Assembly (NCBI GenBank): GCA_016926395.1
Contig: JAFGOT010000008.1
Location: 1-20,734 of the forward strand
From: Candidatus Woesearchaeota archaeon
Lineage (GTDB): Archaea; Nanobdellota; Nanobdellia; Woesearchaeales; SKGA01
Length of the DNA stretch: 20,734 nt
Direction: 5' to 3'
Shown here: positions 6,847 to 15,427 of the stretch, piece by piece
Layout of the letters: each line of letters begins with the position of its first letter
How positions within the stretch are numbered: position 1 is the stretch's first letter
Program-made: the position numbers and the translations under genes
The notes under the pieces: generated by a model
Database searches by the model: none
Told to the model about the DNA's origin: nothing
What the model saw: the letters and a program-made list of their open reading frames with translations, nothing else

Positions 6847-9800
6847 TTATAGTTTAAGACTGGTAACCTTACTCATACCGTGCTCATTCATACTCACACC
6901 ATATAAATTATCCGCTTCACTTATTACACCGTCATTGTGGCTAATTACTATATACTGTGCTTTATCACAATAACTTCTTACAAGTTCGGCTAAACGACTT
7001 GAGTTTTTCTTATCAAGAGCAGCGTCTACTTCATCCATGATGTAAAAACTTGCTGGTTGATATTCTTGAACTGCGAATAAAAATGCAAGTGCAGTCATTG
7101 TTTTTTCTCCACCAGACAAACTTCTTATGTCCATAAACCTTTTCCCAGTTAATCTTACTTTGATTTCTACTCCACCAGCGAAAGGATCATTTTCATTCTC
7201 TAGAACAATGCTTGCATCTCCTTTCATAAGAAGGGTTGAAAATATTCTTTGGAAATTTGATTCTAATGCTTCAAACGTTCTCATAAATAGCTCTTTTTTC
7301 TTACTATCTATTTCATTCATCATTAACAAAACATCTTCTCTTTCTTTTCTTAGAGTTTCTTTTTTCTCTTGTAATTTGTGATATTCTGTTTCCACTTCTT
7401 CATATATTTCTAGCGCTCTCATATTTACTGCGCCTAGTTGTTCTTTCATTCTTTCAAATTCAGCTAATTCTCTTTTGATTATATCAGTATTTTTATCAGT
7501 ATAAGGCTCGACACCTTGATAGTCTTTATCTTCTTCTTTTAGTCCTGCAAGTTCGGCCTTTAATTTAGCATTTTCTAAGTTAAGAGCATTATTTTTTAGT
7601 TCAAACGTTCTTGCATTACTATTTTGCGTCGCTATTTTTGTTTCAGCAGAATTCACTTCATCTGATAATTTTGATCGTCTATTAAATAGTTCTTTGAATT
7701 GTTCGTAGAATTCTTTTTCTTGTTCTTCTTTTGCTTCTAATTCCTTTTGTTGTTTTGCAACTTTTTCTTTGATGTCTAGTTGTTCCTTTACAAAAGATCC
7801 TTCTTCTTTTTCGTGTTGTTTAATAATATCAAGTATTCTTCTTCCCTCAGGACCTATAACGGAATCCATCTGTCCAATTATTCCTTGTAGTTCTCCTTTG
7901 AAATTTACTATTTCAGTTTGTAATTCCAATCTTTTCTCTTCGAAAGTTTTCAATTCCGCTAATTTCGCAGGGTTTCTAAGGTCAGTTACTTTATCTCTTA
8001 GTTGTTGTCTTTGTATTTTTAATTGTGCAAATTCCCTGTTTTTTTCACTTATTGTGTCTTGTATTTCATCAATTTTAGAATCTAATTCGTGAGCTTTATC
8101 TGCTAATTTTTGTTTTTCATTTCCTTCTAAAGTTGCATCATCACCATCCAAGTGAAGTGATTTTTCTGTTTTAATTATTTCTCCTTCTAGTTCTGCTTTT
8201 AGGTTTCTTAGTCTTTGTATTAGTTGATCATTATCACTTGATTTTTGTTCTAGTGTAAAAACAACACCTTGAGAATCCGCCATGTCCGAGTTTAGTGCTT
8301 CAATTTGTTTGTTTACTTCTTCTTGTCCAAACAAACCACCTTCTTGTTTTTGCGCTCTAAATCCTCCTTGCATAGCTCCACTCATTTCTGCAATGTCGCC
8401 CGTCAGAGTTGCCATTCGTATTTTTCCAATTCCCACTCTTCTTGCAGTTTCTATTGAATCAACTACCAAGGTATTTCCAAATACGTATTCAAATACGCCC
8501 TTATATTCAGGACTAAAAGAAACTAAATCAATTGCCAAACCTTTAATTCCTGGTCCGGATATTTTTCTTGAATCATCACTTATTGGTGGAGCTCTAATTT
8601 TATTTAATGGTAAGAATGTTGCAACACCTAACTTCTTATCTTTTAGATAACGAATACATTTTGCAGCTACTTTATCATCGTCAACAACTATGCTTTTTAC
8701 TTTGTTTCCTGCGGCAATTTCTAACGCCAAGGATACATCTCCAGGAACATTTCCAAGTTCAGCTACAGTTCCATGTATTCCTGGTTCTGATTTTTTTAAG
8801 TCAAGAATTGCTTTTAGTGCACTTCCACCAGCAAGTCTTTCTAGAACTGCGGATTTTCTTGCTTCTAGTTTTGCAAGTTGTTCTTGTTTGCTTATTATTT
8901 TACTTCTTGCTGTTGCTAATTGACTTGCATACTCTGAAGATAATGCTAATGATTTGTTAAGATCGAGTGTGGTTTGTTTGAATTGTTTTTTTCTTTCTTG
9001 AAGTTGTTCAAGTTCTTTTTTGTGTTCTTCTTTTACATTTGCAAGTTTTGCTAAACGTTCATCAATTCCTTGTAGTTGCATATCTACTCTGTCTTTTTCT
9101 CGAAGAACATCTTGTTGGCTTACTCGCAAAGTGTTCATTTCTTCTTGGAGTCCTTCAAGTTGTTTGTCCATCTCATCAATTTGTTTGTCAGCATCACTTT
9201 CTGCATCTAGATTATGTTTTTTCTTAAACTCTTCAATTTTATCTTTAATACCTGATAAGTCTCCTTCTCTAATACTTATCCTTTTTTCAAGTTCGTTTTT
9301 TCTTTGTTCTAAGTTTCCTGTTTTTTCGTTAAGTTCATCGTAATCTTTTTTCAATTCACTTTGACGTCCTCGAACTTTTTCTATCTCAGTATCGATTGTT
9401 TGAAGTCTTTGTTTGGCTAAAGCCACATCAACTTTTAATGCTTCAACTTCTTTGTGAATTTTGACTTGATCTTTTTCTCCTTTCTCTTCTACTTCTTTAT
9501 TTATTGCTTCAATATCTTTTTTCTTTTGAGAAATTAATTCGCGTAGTGATTTTATTTCTTCTTCAATTTTTGTTATTTCTAAGTTATGCTTTTCTATTTG
9601 AGCATCTATTCCAGATACTTTTTCTTCTCTAGTAGAAATATCATTTACAAGTAAAGTTTTTTTGTTTCTTTTTTTCTTGTTTTCAAGATCTTTAAATTTT
9701 TGTGCTTTGTCTCGGTCTTTTTTTAATTCTTTTAAGTATGATTCTCTTTCAGCTAGAATTATATCTGCTTCATTTATTTTTTCTTCAACACGACCAATCT

Positions 9801-10344
9801 CTCGTAATGCTTTTTGTTTTTTATCTTCATAAACATTAATGCCTGCAATTTCTTCAATGATTTGTCGACGTTCATTAGGACTCATTTCAATCAGCCTAAC
9901 AATGTCTCCTTGCAAAATAATGTTGTAGCCATCAGGATTAATATGTGCAGAACCTAATAAATCAATTATTTGTGTTCTAGTAGAAGTTTTATCATTTATT
10001 TTGTAAACTCCTTGACCGTTTGATTTAATTATTCGTGTAATCTTTACTTCTTTCTCATCTATCTGTGAAAATGTGTTTTCAGAGTTATCAAACCAGATAG
10101 ATACTTCGCCTTCTTTTGCAGGTTTTTTTGTTTTTCCACCGTTGTAAATTAAGTTACTTGATTTTTCTACTCTAAGACCTTTAGCACCTGCTTTTCCCAA
10201 AACAAAACACAGACTATCAAGCACATTTGATTTTCCGCTTCCATTTGGTCCTAGAATACAGTTAAAATTATCTCCAAAATCAATATCTGTTTTTGTCGCA
10301 AAGGATTTGAATCCTTTCATCTCCATTTTGAGAACTTTAGTCAA
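6847..10344 (-). CDS. smc: Chromosome segregation ATPase SMC (TTG start)
   Basis: Walker A GPNGSGKSN, Q-loop LQGD, two long coiled coils around a hinge (GIHGTVAELG..TLTGD..SGAMQGG), signature LSGGEK, Walker B/D-loop MDEVDAALD, and switch SHN. SD AAGGGTG at 10353-10359. Confidence 0.97.
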   Translation of the reverse strand: MTKVLKMEMKGFKSFATKTDIDFGDNFNCILGPNGSGKSNVLDSLCFVLGKAGAKGLRVEKSSNLIYNGGKTKKPAKEGEVSIWFDNSENTFSQIDEKEVKITRIIKSNGQGVYKINDKTSTRTQIIDLLGSAHINPDGYNIILQGDIVRLIEMSPNERRQIIEEIAGINVYEDKKQKALREIGRVEEKINEADIILAERESYLKELKKDRDKAQKFKDLENKKKRNKKTLLVNDISTREEKVSGIDAQIEKHNLEITKIEEEIKSLRELISQKKKDIEAINKEVEEKGEKDQVKIHKEVEALKVDVALAKQRLQTIDTEIEKVRGRQSELKKDYDELNEKTGNLEQRKNELEKRISIREGDLSGIKDKIEEFKKKHNLDAESDADKQIDEMDKQLEGLQEEMNTLRVSQQDVLREKDRVDMQLQGIDERLAKLANVKEEHKKELEQLQERKKQFKQTTLDLNKSLALSSEYASQLATARSKIISKQEQLAKLEARKSAVLERLAGGSALKAILDLKKSEPGIHGTVAELGNVPGDVSLALEIAAGNKVKSIVVDDDKVAAKCIRYLKDKKLGVATFLPLNKIRAPPISDDSRKISGPGIKGLAIDLVSFSPEYKGVFEYVFGNTLVVDSIETARRVGIGKIRMATLTGDIAEMSGAMQGGFRAQKQEGGLFGQEEVNKQIEALNSDMADSQGVVFTLEQKSSDNDQLIQRLRNLKAELEGEIIKTEKSLHLDGDDATLEGNEKQKLADKAHELDSKIDEIQDTISEKNREFAQLKIQRQQLRDKVTDLRNPAKLAELKTFEEKRLELQTEIVNFKGELQGIIGQMDSVIGPEGRRILDIIKQHEKEEGSFVKEQLDIKEKVAKQQKELEAKEEQEKEFYEQFKELFNRRSKLSDEVNSAETKIATQNSNARTFELKNNALNLENAKLKAELAGLKEEDKDYQGVEPYTDKNTDIIKRELAEFERMKEQLGAVNMRALEIYEEVETEYHKLQEKKETLRKEREDVLLMMNEIDSKKKELFMRTFEALESNFQRIFSTLLMKGDASIVLENENDPFAGGVEIKVRLTGKRFMDIRSLSGGEKTMTALAFLFAVQEYQPASFYIMDEVDAALDKKNSSRLAELVRSYCDKAQYIVISHNDGVISEADNLYGVSMNEHGMSKVTSLKL

Positions 10345-10380
10345 TCAATATACACCCTTAATAGTTTCTGATTCCAGTGT

Positions 10381-10411
10381 CCTGTTCACAGTAGCAAATA
10401 GCCTATTCACA
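10381..10411. promoter_or_regulatory. Direct repeat CCTRTTCACA x2 in the smc leader
   Basis: CCTGTTCACA (10381-10390) and CCTATTCACA (10402-10411), 21-nt period. Confidence 0.35.
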
Positions 10412-10433
10412 CAGATTTACCAGTTTAGCTTGC

Positions 10434-10448
10434 TTTATAAAGATTTCG
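10434..10448 (-). promoter_or_regulatory. smc promoter (BRE CGAAAT followed by TATA TTTATAAA)
   Basis: Minus strand reads CGAAATCTTTATAAAG, implying a TSS near 10410. Confidence 0.6.
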
Positions 10449-10451
10449 TCC

Positions 10452-11282
10452 TTAAAGTACGTTTTTAAAGTGCATTTTAGCAAATTCAGACAAATCCTTA
10501 CCTAGCTCTTTTAGAAGTTTTAAAGCCTCTTCAACGTGAGTTGAGCCTTTTGGAAGAACAAACCCTGCTTCTTTACTCAAACGATTGAATTGTTCAATTC
10601 CATAATATCTTGCCACAATGCTTGCTGCCGCCACAGCCACAAAAAAAGATTCTGCTTTTTGAATCATATAATCTCCTGCTTGACATCCAGGATATTGATC
10701 AACCACTTGTTTTGCTCCAAAATATGTTTTCTTTAACTCAAACCCTACGTGGTTGTGAGCTTCGTTTAGAATTCCAGTTATTGATCTTTGTTTTGTTAAT
10801 TCATTATACTCCTTTGCTTCAATTTCATAGATTACAAATCTTTCTTTGTAGTCTTCAAGTAGTATTTTTGCAATCTTCTCTATTTGAATATCCGTTAGTT
10901 GTTTTGAATCAACAACCCCTAGTTGTTTTAAAGTATCTTCTTCTGATTTTTCAAAATATGCACCAACAACAACTAATCCTCCAAAAGTATCTCCTTTTAG
11001 AGTTTCATCACTTCCTATGCATTTCTCTATTTCTGGAAGTTTTGTATTAAGAACTTGTTTTTTTTCTTTTCCTGGTTGTAAGTTTAAGGCATGGTTGTTT
11101 TCTTTGAATTTATCAAGCAATTCATCACTTCCTTGAACAACCAGTTTTCCTGATGTATAAAGAATAAGTGTTAATCCCTCACCTCTAAAGCGGGCTTTTT
11201 CATATTGGTTTGTACCCGACTCCATTGCGTAAACTTGCGTATTTATGTCGCTTTCTTTTACACCTAAATATACTAGAGTCAT
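10452..11282 (-). CDS. rnhC: Ribonuclease HIII (bacterial-type, with N-terminal TBP-like domain)
   Basis: N-domain LILYTSGKLVVQG. Catalytic domain IGSDETLKGDTFGGLVV, GVVDSKQL, VVDQY, KAES..VAVAAASIVAR, LPKGS and AKMHFKN. Confidence 0.88.
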   Translation of the reverse strand: MTLVYLGVKESDINTQVYAMESGTNQYEKARFRGEGLTLILYTSGKLVVQGSDELLDKFKENNHALNLQPGKEKKQVLNTKLPEIEKCIGSDETLKGDTFGGLVVVGAYFEKSEEDTLKQLGVVDSKQLTDIQIEKIAKILLEDYKERFVIYEIEAKEYNELTKQRSITGILNEAHNHVGFELKKTYFGAKQVVDQYPGCQAGDYMIQKAESFFVAVAAASIVARYYGIEQFNRLSKEAGFVLPKGSTHVEEALKLLKELGKDLSEFAKMHFKNVL

Positions 11283-11283
11283 T

Positions 11284-12024
11284 TTATTTAGCTAAACCAA
11301 CCAAATTTAGTAAATCTACAAACCAGAGTTTAACATAACCAACCAGTGGAATTCTTGCCACACCTTTTCCTAAAACTTGCGATTGAAGTATTTCTTTTTC
11401 ATTAAAAGTAGTTGTAACTATTTGGAAACCATTGTGATCCCCTTTTGTTGAAAACATTTTTCCTTCACTTGTTTCTTGTATATTCACAATTCGATGAATT
11501 ATTGGATATGGTCGTGATTTTGTTGAATCAATGTTTGATAGAAAAACAAGAATATCTCCCACTTCTAATTTTTCTGGATCTGCTTTTCTTAATACTATTA
11601 CATCTCCTTTTTCAAATCCATTTTGAAGTTTAAAATTTTTGAATTCTTCTTTTGATATCCCTTTATCTTCATACCAGCTTCCACAAATAAACCAGTAATT
11701 CTCAAAAGATAATTTCTTTTTTGAAGATTGTTCTGTAGCACAAATTTCGTATCCTCCTTGAGTATAACTTATACAATCTCCTGTAAACAAAGATCTTTGT
11801 TCACAAAGAGGAGTTGGTGTGTGTGACATGCTTTCAGAGATTACAGCCACAACTGGAAGTTGAGTTCCAAGCAGAAGACCAAGAAGAGGATAAACTACGA
11901 ATTTTATTAGAATAAAAGCCAAGACAACATTTGCAATCCAACTCCATGCCGAATCATCATTCCAAATAAAATCCCACACTTTTTTTGCAGTTCCTTTAAA
12001 TTGGTTATTTTTGTGCTGTCTCAT
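11284..12024 (-). CDS. Signal peptidase I, archaeal/ER (Sec11/SipW) type
   Basis: N-terminal TM segment, AVISESM (catalytic Ser), KGDVIV, PIIHRIV (catalytic His), TKGDHN and GK..ARIPLVGYV. Confidence 0.92.
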   Translation of the reverse strand: MRQHKNNQFKGTAKKVWDFIWNDDSAWSWIANVVLAFILIKFVVYPLLGLLLGTQLPVVAVISESMSHTPTPLCEQRSLFTGDCISYTQGGYEICATEQSSKKKLSFENYWFICGSWYEDKGISKEEFKNFKLQNGFEKGDVIVLRKADPEKLEVGDILVFLSNIDSTKSRPYPIIHRIVNIQETSEGKMFSTKGDHNGFQIVTTTFNEKEILQSQVLGKGVARIPLVGYVKLWFVDLLNLVGLAK

Positions 12025-12047
12025 GAGTTAAATTGAAACTTAGAGCT

Positions 12048-12113
12048 TTTAAAAACTTTCCGTAGAAAAGAAGAACATAACAAGCAGTTCTAATTATAGA
12101 ATGTATTTATAAA
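12048..12113. promoter_or_regulatory. Divergent leaderless promoters for the signal peptidase gene (TATA 12048-12055, minus) and nmd3 (TATA 12106-12113, plus)
   Basis: Both octamers lie 23 nt from their ATG. The minus-strand one is preceded by GAAAG. Confidence 0.55.
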
Positions 12114-12136
12114 TAAAGTCACGTTTTAGTATAAAT

Positions 12137-13132
12137 ATGGTAAACCGTTTTTGTCCTAAATGTGGCGCTCAAATCAAGAAAGGTACTTTTTGTGAGTCAT
12201 GCAGTGCTGAAAAGATAAAAATAGATGTGCCTCTAATACAGATTTCCGAGTTTAATAGAACGTATCACAAAGGTTCTTGGCAACCATTTCAAGAGCTTGA
12301 AGATTTAATCATTAAAAGAATCAGAGAAGCAGCAGGTAAAGACTATCCCGTTGATGTTGAGCCTTTTGAGTTTGAAGCTAAACCTAAAGAGAAAATAATA
12401 GTTACCGCAAACGTTCTTGTTGCAGAAGATGAAGAAATTACTCTTTCAATCCCCGTCTCATATAGACAGTGTGATTATGGACAAAAGCAAAAAACCCAGT
12501 ACTTTGAAGGCATCTTGCAACTTCAAAATCCAACCGAAAAAGTTATTGATTTCATTAGTAAGCAAATGGAAAGTATGGCTCCCAAAGGAGTTTTTATTAC
12601 AAAAACAGTCGATACAAAAAAAGGCGTTGATCTTTATTTTACCAAAAAAAATCCTATGAGAATTATAGCTCAAAAAGTTGTTAGCAAATTTGGCGGTAAA
12701 ATGGATGAAAATGCACAATTATTCACCCACAATCACCTAACATCTAGAGATGTCTTTCGTCTTAATATCCATGTTCAACTTCCAGAGTTTACGCTTGGCG
12801 ATGTTATTGAGTTCGATTTGACACGTGTTCGAGGAGATGATCTTCGCCATGTTATTCAAGTTAATAAAATGGGCAAAGTAATTCAAGGAACCGATCTTCT
12901 AACAGGCAAACAGTTAGCATTTGAGTTAAAATTTGCTAAAGAAATAAAAAAAGTTAAACCCATAAAAACGACCCTTATTTCAGTCCAACCGACAATTCAA
13001 GTTCTTCATCCTGAAACATATCAAGCGCAAACTCCAAGAAACGCAGATGTTTATAAACATGATTTAAACATCGAAGATAAAGTGGATGTCGTTATGGTAA
13101 AAGAAGGTATTTTACTTATTTACGACGTCTAA
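12137..13132 (+). CDS. nmd3: NMD3-family protein (ribosome biogenesis)
   Basis: N-terminal CPKCG...CESC, YHKGSW, YFEGILQL, GVDLYF, and the FTLGDVI OB-like C-terminal region. Confidence 0.88.
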   Translation: MVNRFCPKCGAQIKKGTFCESCSAEKIKIDVPLIQISEFNRTYHKGSWQPFQELEDLIIKRIREAAGKDYPVDVEPFEFEAKPKEKIIVTANVLVAEDEEITLSIPVSYRQCDYGQKQKTQYFEGILQLQNPTEKVIDFISKQMESMAPKGVFITKTVDTKKGVDLYFTKKNPMRIIAQKVVSKFGGKMDENAQLFTHNHLTSRDVFRLNIHVQLPEFTLGDVIEFDLTRVRGDDLRHVIQVNKMGKVIQGTDLLTGKQLAFELKFAKEIKKVKPIKTTLISVQPTIQVLHPETYQAQTPRNADVYKHDLNIEDKVDVVMVKEGILLIYDV

Positions 13133-13152
13133 GAAGTTAATTTTTAGAAACA

Positions 13153-13160
13153 TTTAAATA
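13153..13160 (+). promoter_or_regulatory. TATA box of the PRC-barrel gene
   Basis: GAAACA followed by TTTAAATA. SD-like GGGGT at 13190-13194. Confidence 0.5.
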
Positions 13161-13202
13161 CTCTAATTTAATATTTAAAATTGCGAATCGGGGTTTATTA
13201 CG

Positions 13203-13466
13203 ATGGTTGATGATGAAAAAAAATTCTCAAAACAGCTTATAAATAAGACCGTTGTCTCCAAGACTGGTAAACGATTTGGAGAGGTCGGCGACATTATTTT
13301 CGAAACGTCTTCAGGCGAATTAATTCACATTGTTCTTAGAGAGCCAACTGTTTATACAAAAAAATTAGAGCTTGAAAAGACCAAAGATGGAGATAGTTTA
13401 ATTCCATTCAGTGCAGTTATTGCAATTGGAGATTTCCTTGTTGTAGCTGAAGAAGATATCATATAA
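13203..13466 (+). CDS. Stand-alone PRC-barrel protein (CdpB-like cell-division candidate)
   Basis: SKQLINKTVVSKTGKRFGEVGDIIFETSSGEL ... LIPFSAVIAIGDFLVV, a typical archaeal single PRC barrel. Confidence 0.88.
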   Translation: MVDDEKKFSKQLINKTVVSKTGKRFGEVGDIIFETSSGELIHIVLREPTVYTKKLELEKTKDGDSLIPFSAVIAIGDFLVVAEEDII

Positions 13467-13591
13467 GCAAGTTTAGCTTATTTTTCTTTTATTAATTCTT
13501 TATTCTTAAACATAAAAACAGCCACCCAGTTTAAAGTTTATTTCTCTTTTAATCATAATAATTATAAAGAAACCCTACTTTGTTAATATCT

Positions 13592-14548
13592 ATGACATCA
13601 AACATTTGGACTGAAAAATATCGTCCCAAAACATTCGCTCAAGTTAAAGGCCAATCTCACGTTGTTTCTAAAGTTGAAGCATTTGTTAAAGAAAGAAACA
13701 TGCCTCATGTTCTTTTTGCAGGTCCTGCAGGTATTGGAAAAACCACCCTATCATTAGTCATTGCAAAACAGCTTTTTGGAGATTCTTGGGAAAATAATTT
13801 CTTAGAATTAAATGCAAGTGATGAAAGGGGAATTGATGTTGTTCGTGTTAAGGTTAAAGATTTTGCTCGAACCAAAGCTCTTGGGGATGTTCCATTTAAG
13901 ATTATTTATCTTGATGAATGTGATGCATTAACTAAAGAAGCACAACAAGCTCTTCGTCGAACGATGGAGAACTATACTAACACATGTAGATTCATTTTAT
14001 CCTGTAATTATTCTTCTAAGATTATTGATCCTATTCAATCAAGATGTGCAGTCTTTAAATTCAAACCATTAAACAAAGAAGATGTTTTTGAAGTTATTAA
14101 TATGGTTGCAAAAGCTGAAGACTTAAAAATTAGTGAACAAGTTAAAGAAACAATTTTTGAAGCTAGTGGAGGCGACGTTCGTCGTGTTCAAAACATTCTT
14201 CAAAGTTCAGCAACATTTAACAAAGAAATCAAAGAAGAAGATGTTCTTGCTATTGCTTCTCTTGCTCGTCCTAAAGAACTTGATGAAGTATTCACCCAAT
14301 GTATAAAAAAAGATTTTCTAGCTGCGAGAAAAAAACTTCTCGATATTATGCTTGAATACGGTCTTAGTGGTCTTGACATGGTTATTCAATTACAAAAAGA
14401 AGTTTGGAAAATTGAAGGTTTAACCAACAATCAAAAACTTGAATTTGTAAAGAATTGTGGCGAAGTTGAGTTTCACTTAATTGAAGGTAGTGATGAATTT
14501 ATCCAATTAGAATCGTTGCTAGCAAGATTAATGCTAAGTTCAGAATAA
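13592..14548 (+). CDS. rfcS: Replication factor C small subunit; start corrected to ATG 13592
   Basis: WTEKYRP, GPAGIGKT, LELNASDERGIDVVR, LDECDALT..AQQALRR and SRC. No intein. TATA-like ATTATAAA lies 23 nt upstream. Confidence 0.97.
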   Translation: MTSNIWTEKYRPKTFAQVKGQSHVVSKVEAFVKERNMPHVLFAGPAGIGKTTLSLVIAKQLFGDSWENNFLELNASDERGIDVVRVKVKDFARTKALGDVPFKIIYLDECDALTKEAQQALRRTMENYTNTCRFILSCNYSSKIIDPIQSRCAVFKFKPLNKEDVFEVINMVAKAEDLKISEQVKETIFEASGGDVRRVQNILQSSATFNKEIKEEDVLAIASLARPKELDEVFTQCIKKDFLAARKKLLDIMLEYGLSGLDMVIQLQKEVWKIEGLTNNQKLEFVKNCGEVEFHLIEGSDEFIQLESLLARLMLSSE

Positions 14549-15364
14549 TCATTTCAAATAAGAACTTAGATTTTCTCTTAATTTTTTAGCACTATTGTAA
14601 AGTTTGTCTCGTTCTATAACATTTAGTTTAATATTTTTTATTTGAGAAATCGAACCATCAATTATTTCAAATGGAAAAGACAAACATATTTTATTTATGT
14701 CATAAAAAGCATCCACATAACAAGAAGCATATAAAGTTCCTCGTCTAGAATTAAGTGTATTAAAAAATTTAACAAATTCTAATCCTGCAAAATCATAAGG
14801 AATACCATTAACCCGTACATTTTCAAAAAGTGCGAAGTCAACTCGTTTGGATAAAGCTTCATAATCACTCTTATTTTCTGAATTAAGTAAAGGAATAGCA
14901 TCGCCGTGTAACCCCACACAATCAATATCAAATCCTAAAACTACCGAAAAACGTTTAACATCCAGTTGCATTCCAAAACCAATAACTTCTTTTTCTGGAC
15001 ATTTAATGTCAATGTAATTAACCAATTCATCTACAGGATTTGAAACAACAATTATTTTAGAATCCAATTTGTTTAATAAATCAACATAATCATCAACTAT
15101 AGCAATATTACCCTCTAATTCAGCGTGCCTCAAATCATACGTCGTACCAAGCTTTTGAGTAAGATTTTTTCTTTCCGCATCAGTTATACTAGAGAAAGCT
15201 AGAACAACATAATCGATTTCTAAAGGTAATTCATCATCATTTATTGGATTAAATTCTGTTTCTTTTTTTGATTTTGATATAAAAAATATTTCGTGGTTCT
15301 GCCTTTTTAACTGCTTAGCAATGGCTTGAGCAGTCTTTCCAAATCCAATAAATAATAGTCTCAT
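14549..15364 (-). CDS. Divergent lactate/malate dehydrogenase superfamily protein
   Basis: IGFGKTA Rossmann motif, R..EL..N..I, VVSNPVD, G.G..LD..RF and catalytic GLHGD. Confidence 0.82.
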   Translation of the reverse strand: MRLLFIGFGKTAQAIAKQLKRQNHEIFFISKSKKETEFNPINDDELPLEIDYVVLAFSSITDAERKNLTQKLGTTYDLRHAELEGNIAIVDDYVDLLNKLDSKIIVVSNPVDELVNYIDIKCPEKEVIGFGMQLDVKRFSVVLGFDIDCVGLHGDAIPLLNSENKSDYEALSKRVDFALFENVRVNGIPYDFAGLEFVKFFNTLNSRRGTLYASCYVDAFYDINKICLSFPFEIIDGSISQIKNIKLNVIERDKLYNSAKKLRENLSSYLK

Positions 15365-15427
15365 ATCTGTTCAATTTGAGTCAGTAGTAATAAATCTTTC
15401 TAGAATAATAAAAAAAATAAAAGGAGG

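Noticed and set aside
7127-9343. Nine plus-strand ORFs antisense to smc
   Set aside because: Ser/Phe/Leu-rich mirror translations of the E/K-rich coiled-coil codons.
12088-12101. TTCTA-N4-TAGAA inverted repeat upstream of nmd3
   Set aside because: Short and AT-rich, seen only once in the window, and expected by chance.
10610-12718. ORFs 10610-11050, 11445-11633, 12417-12659 and 12458-12718
   Set aside because: Shadows of rnhC, the signal peptidase gene and nmd3, with no independent start signals.
13592-14548. Intein in rfcS
   Set aside because: Normal length of about 318 aa with contiguous Walker A and no splicing motifs.
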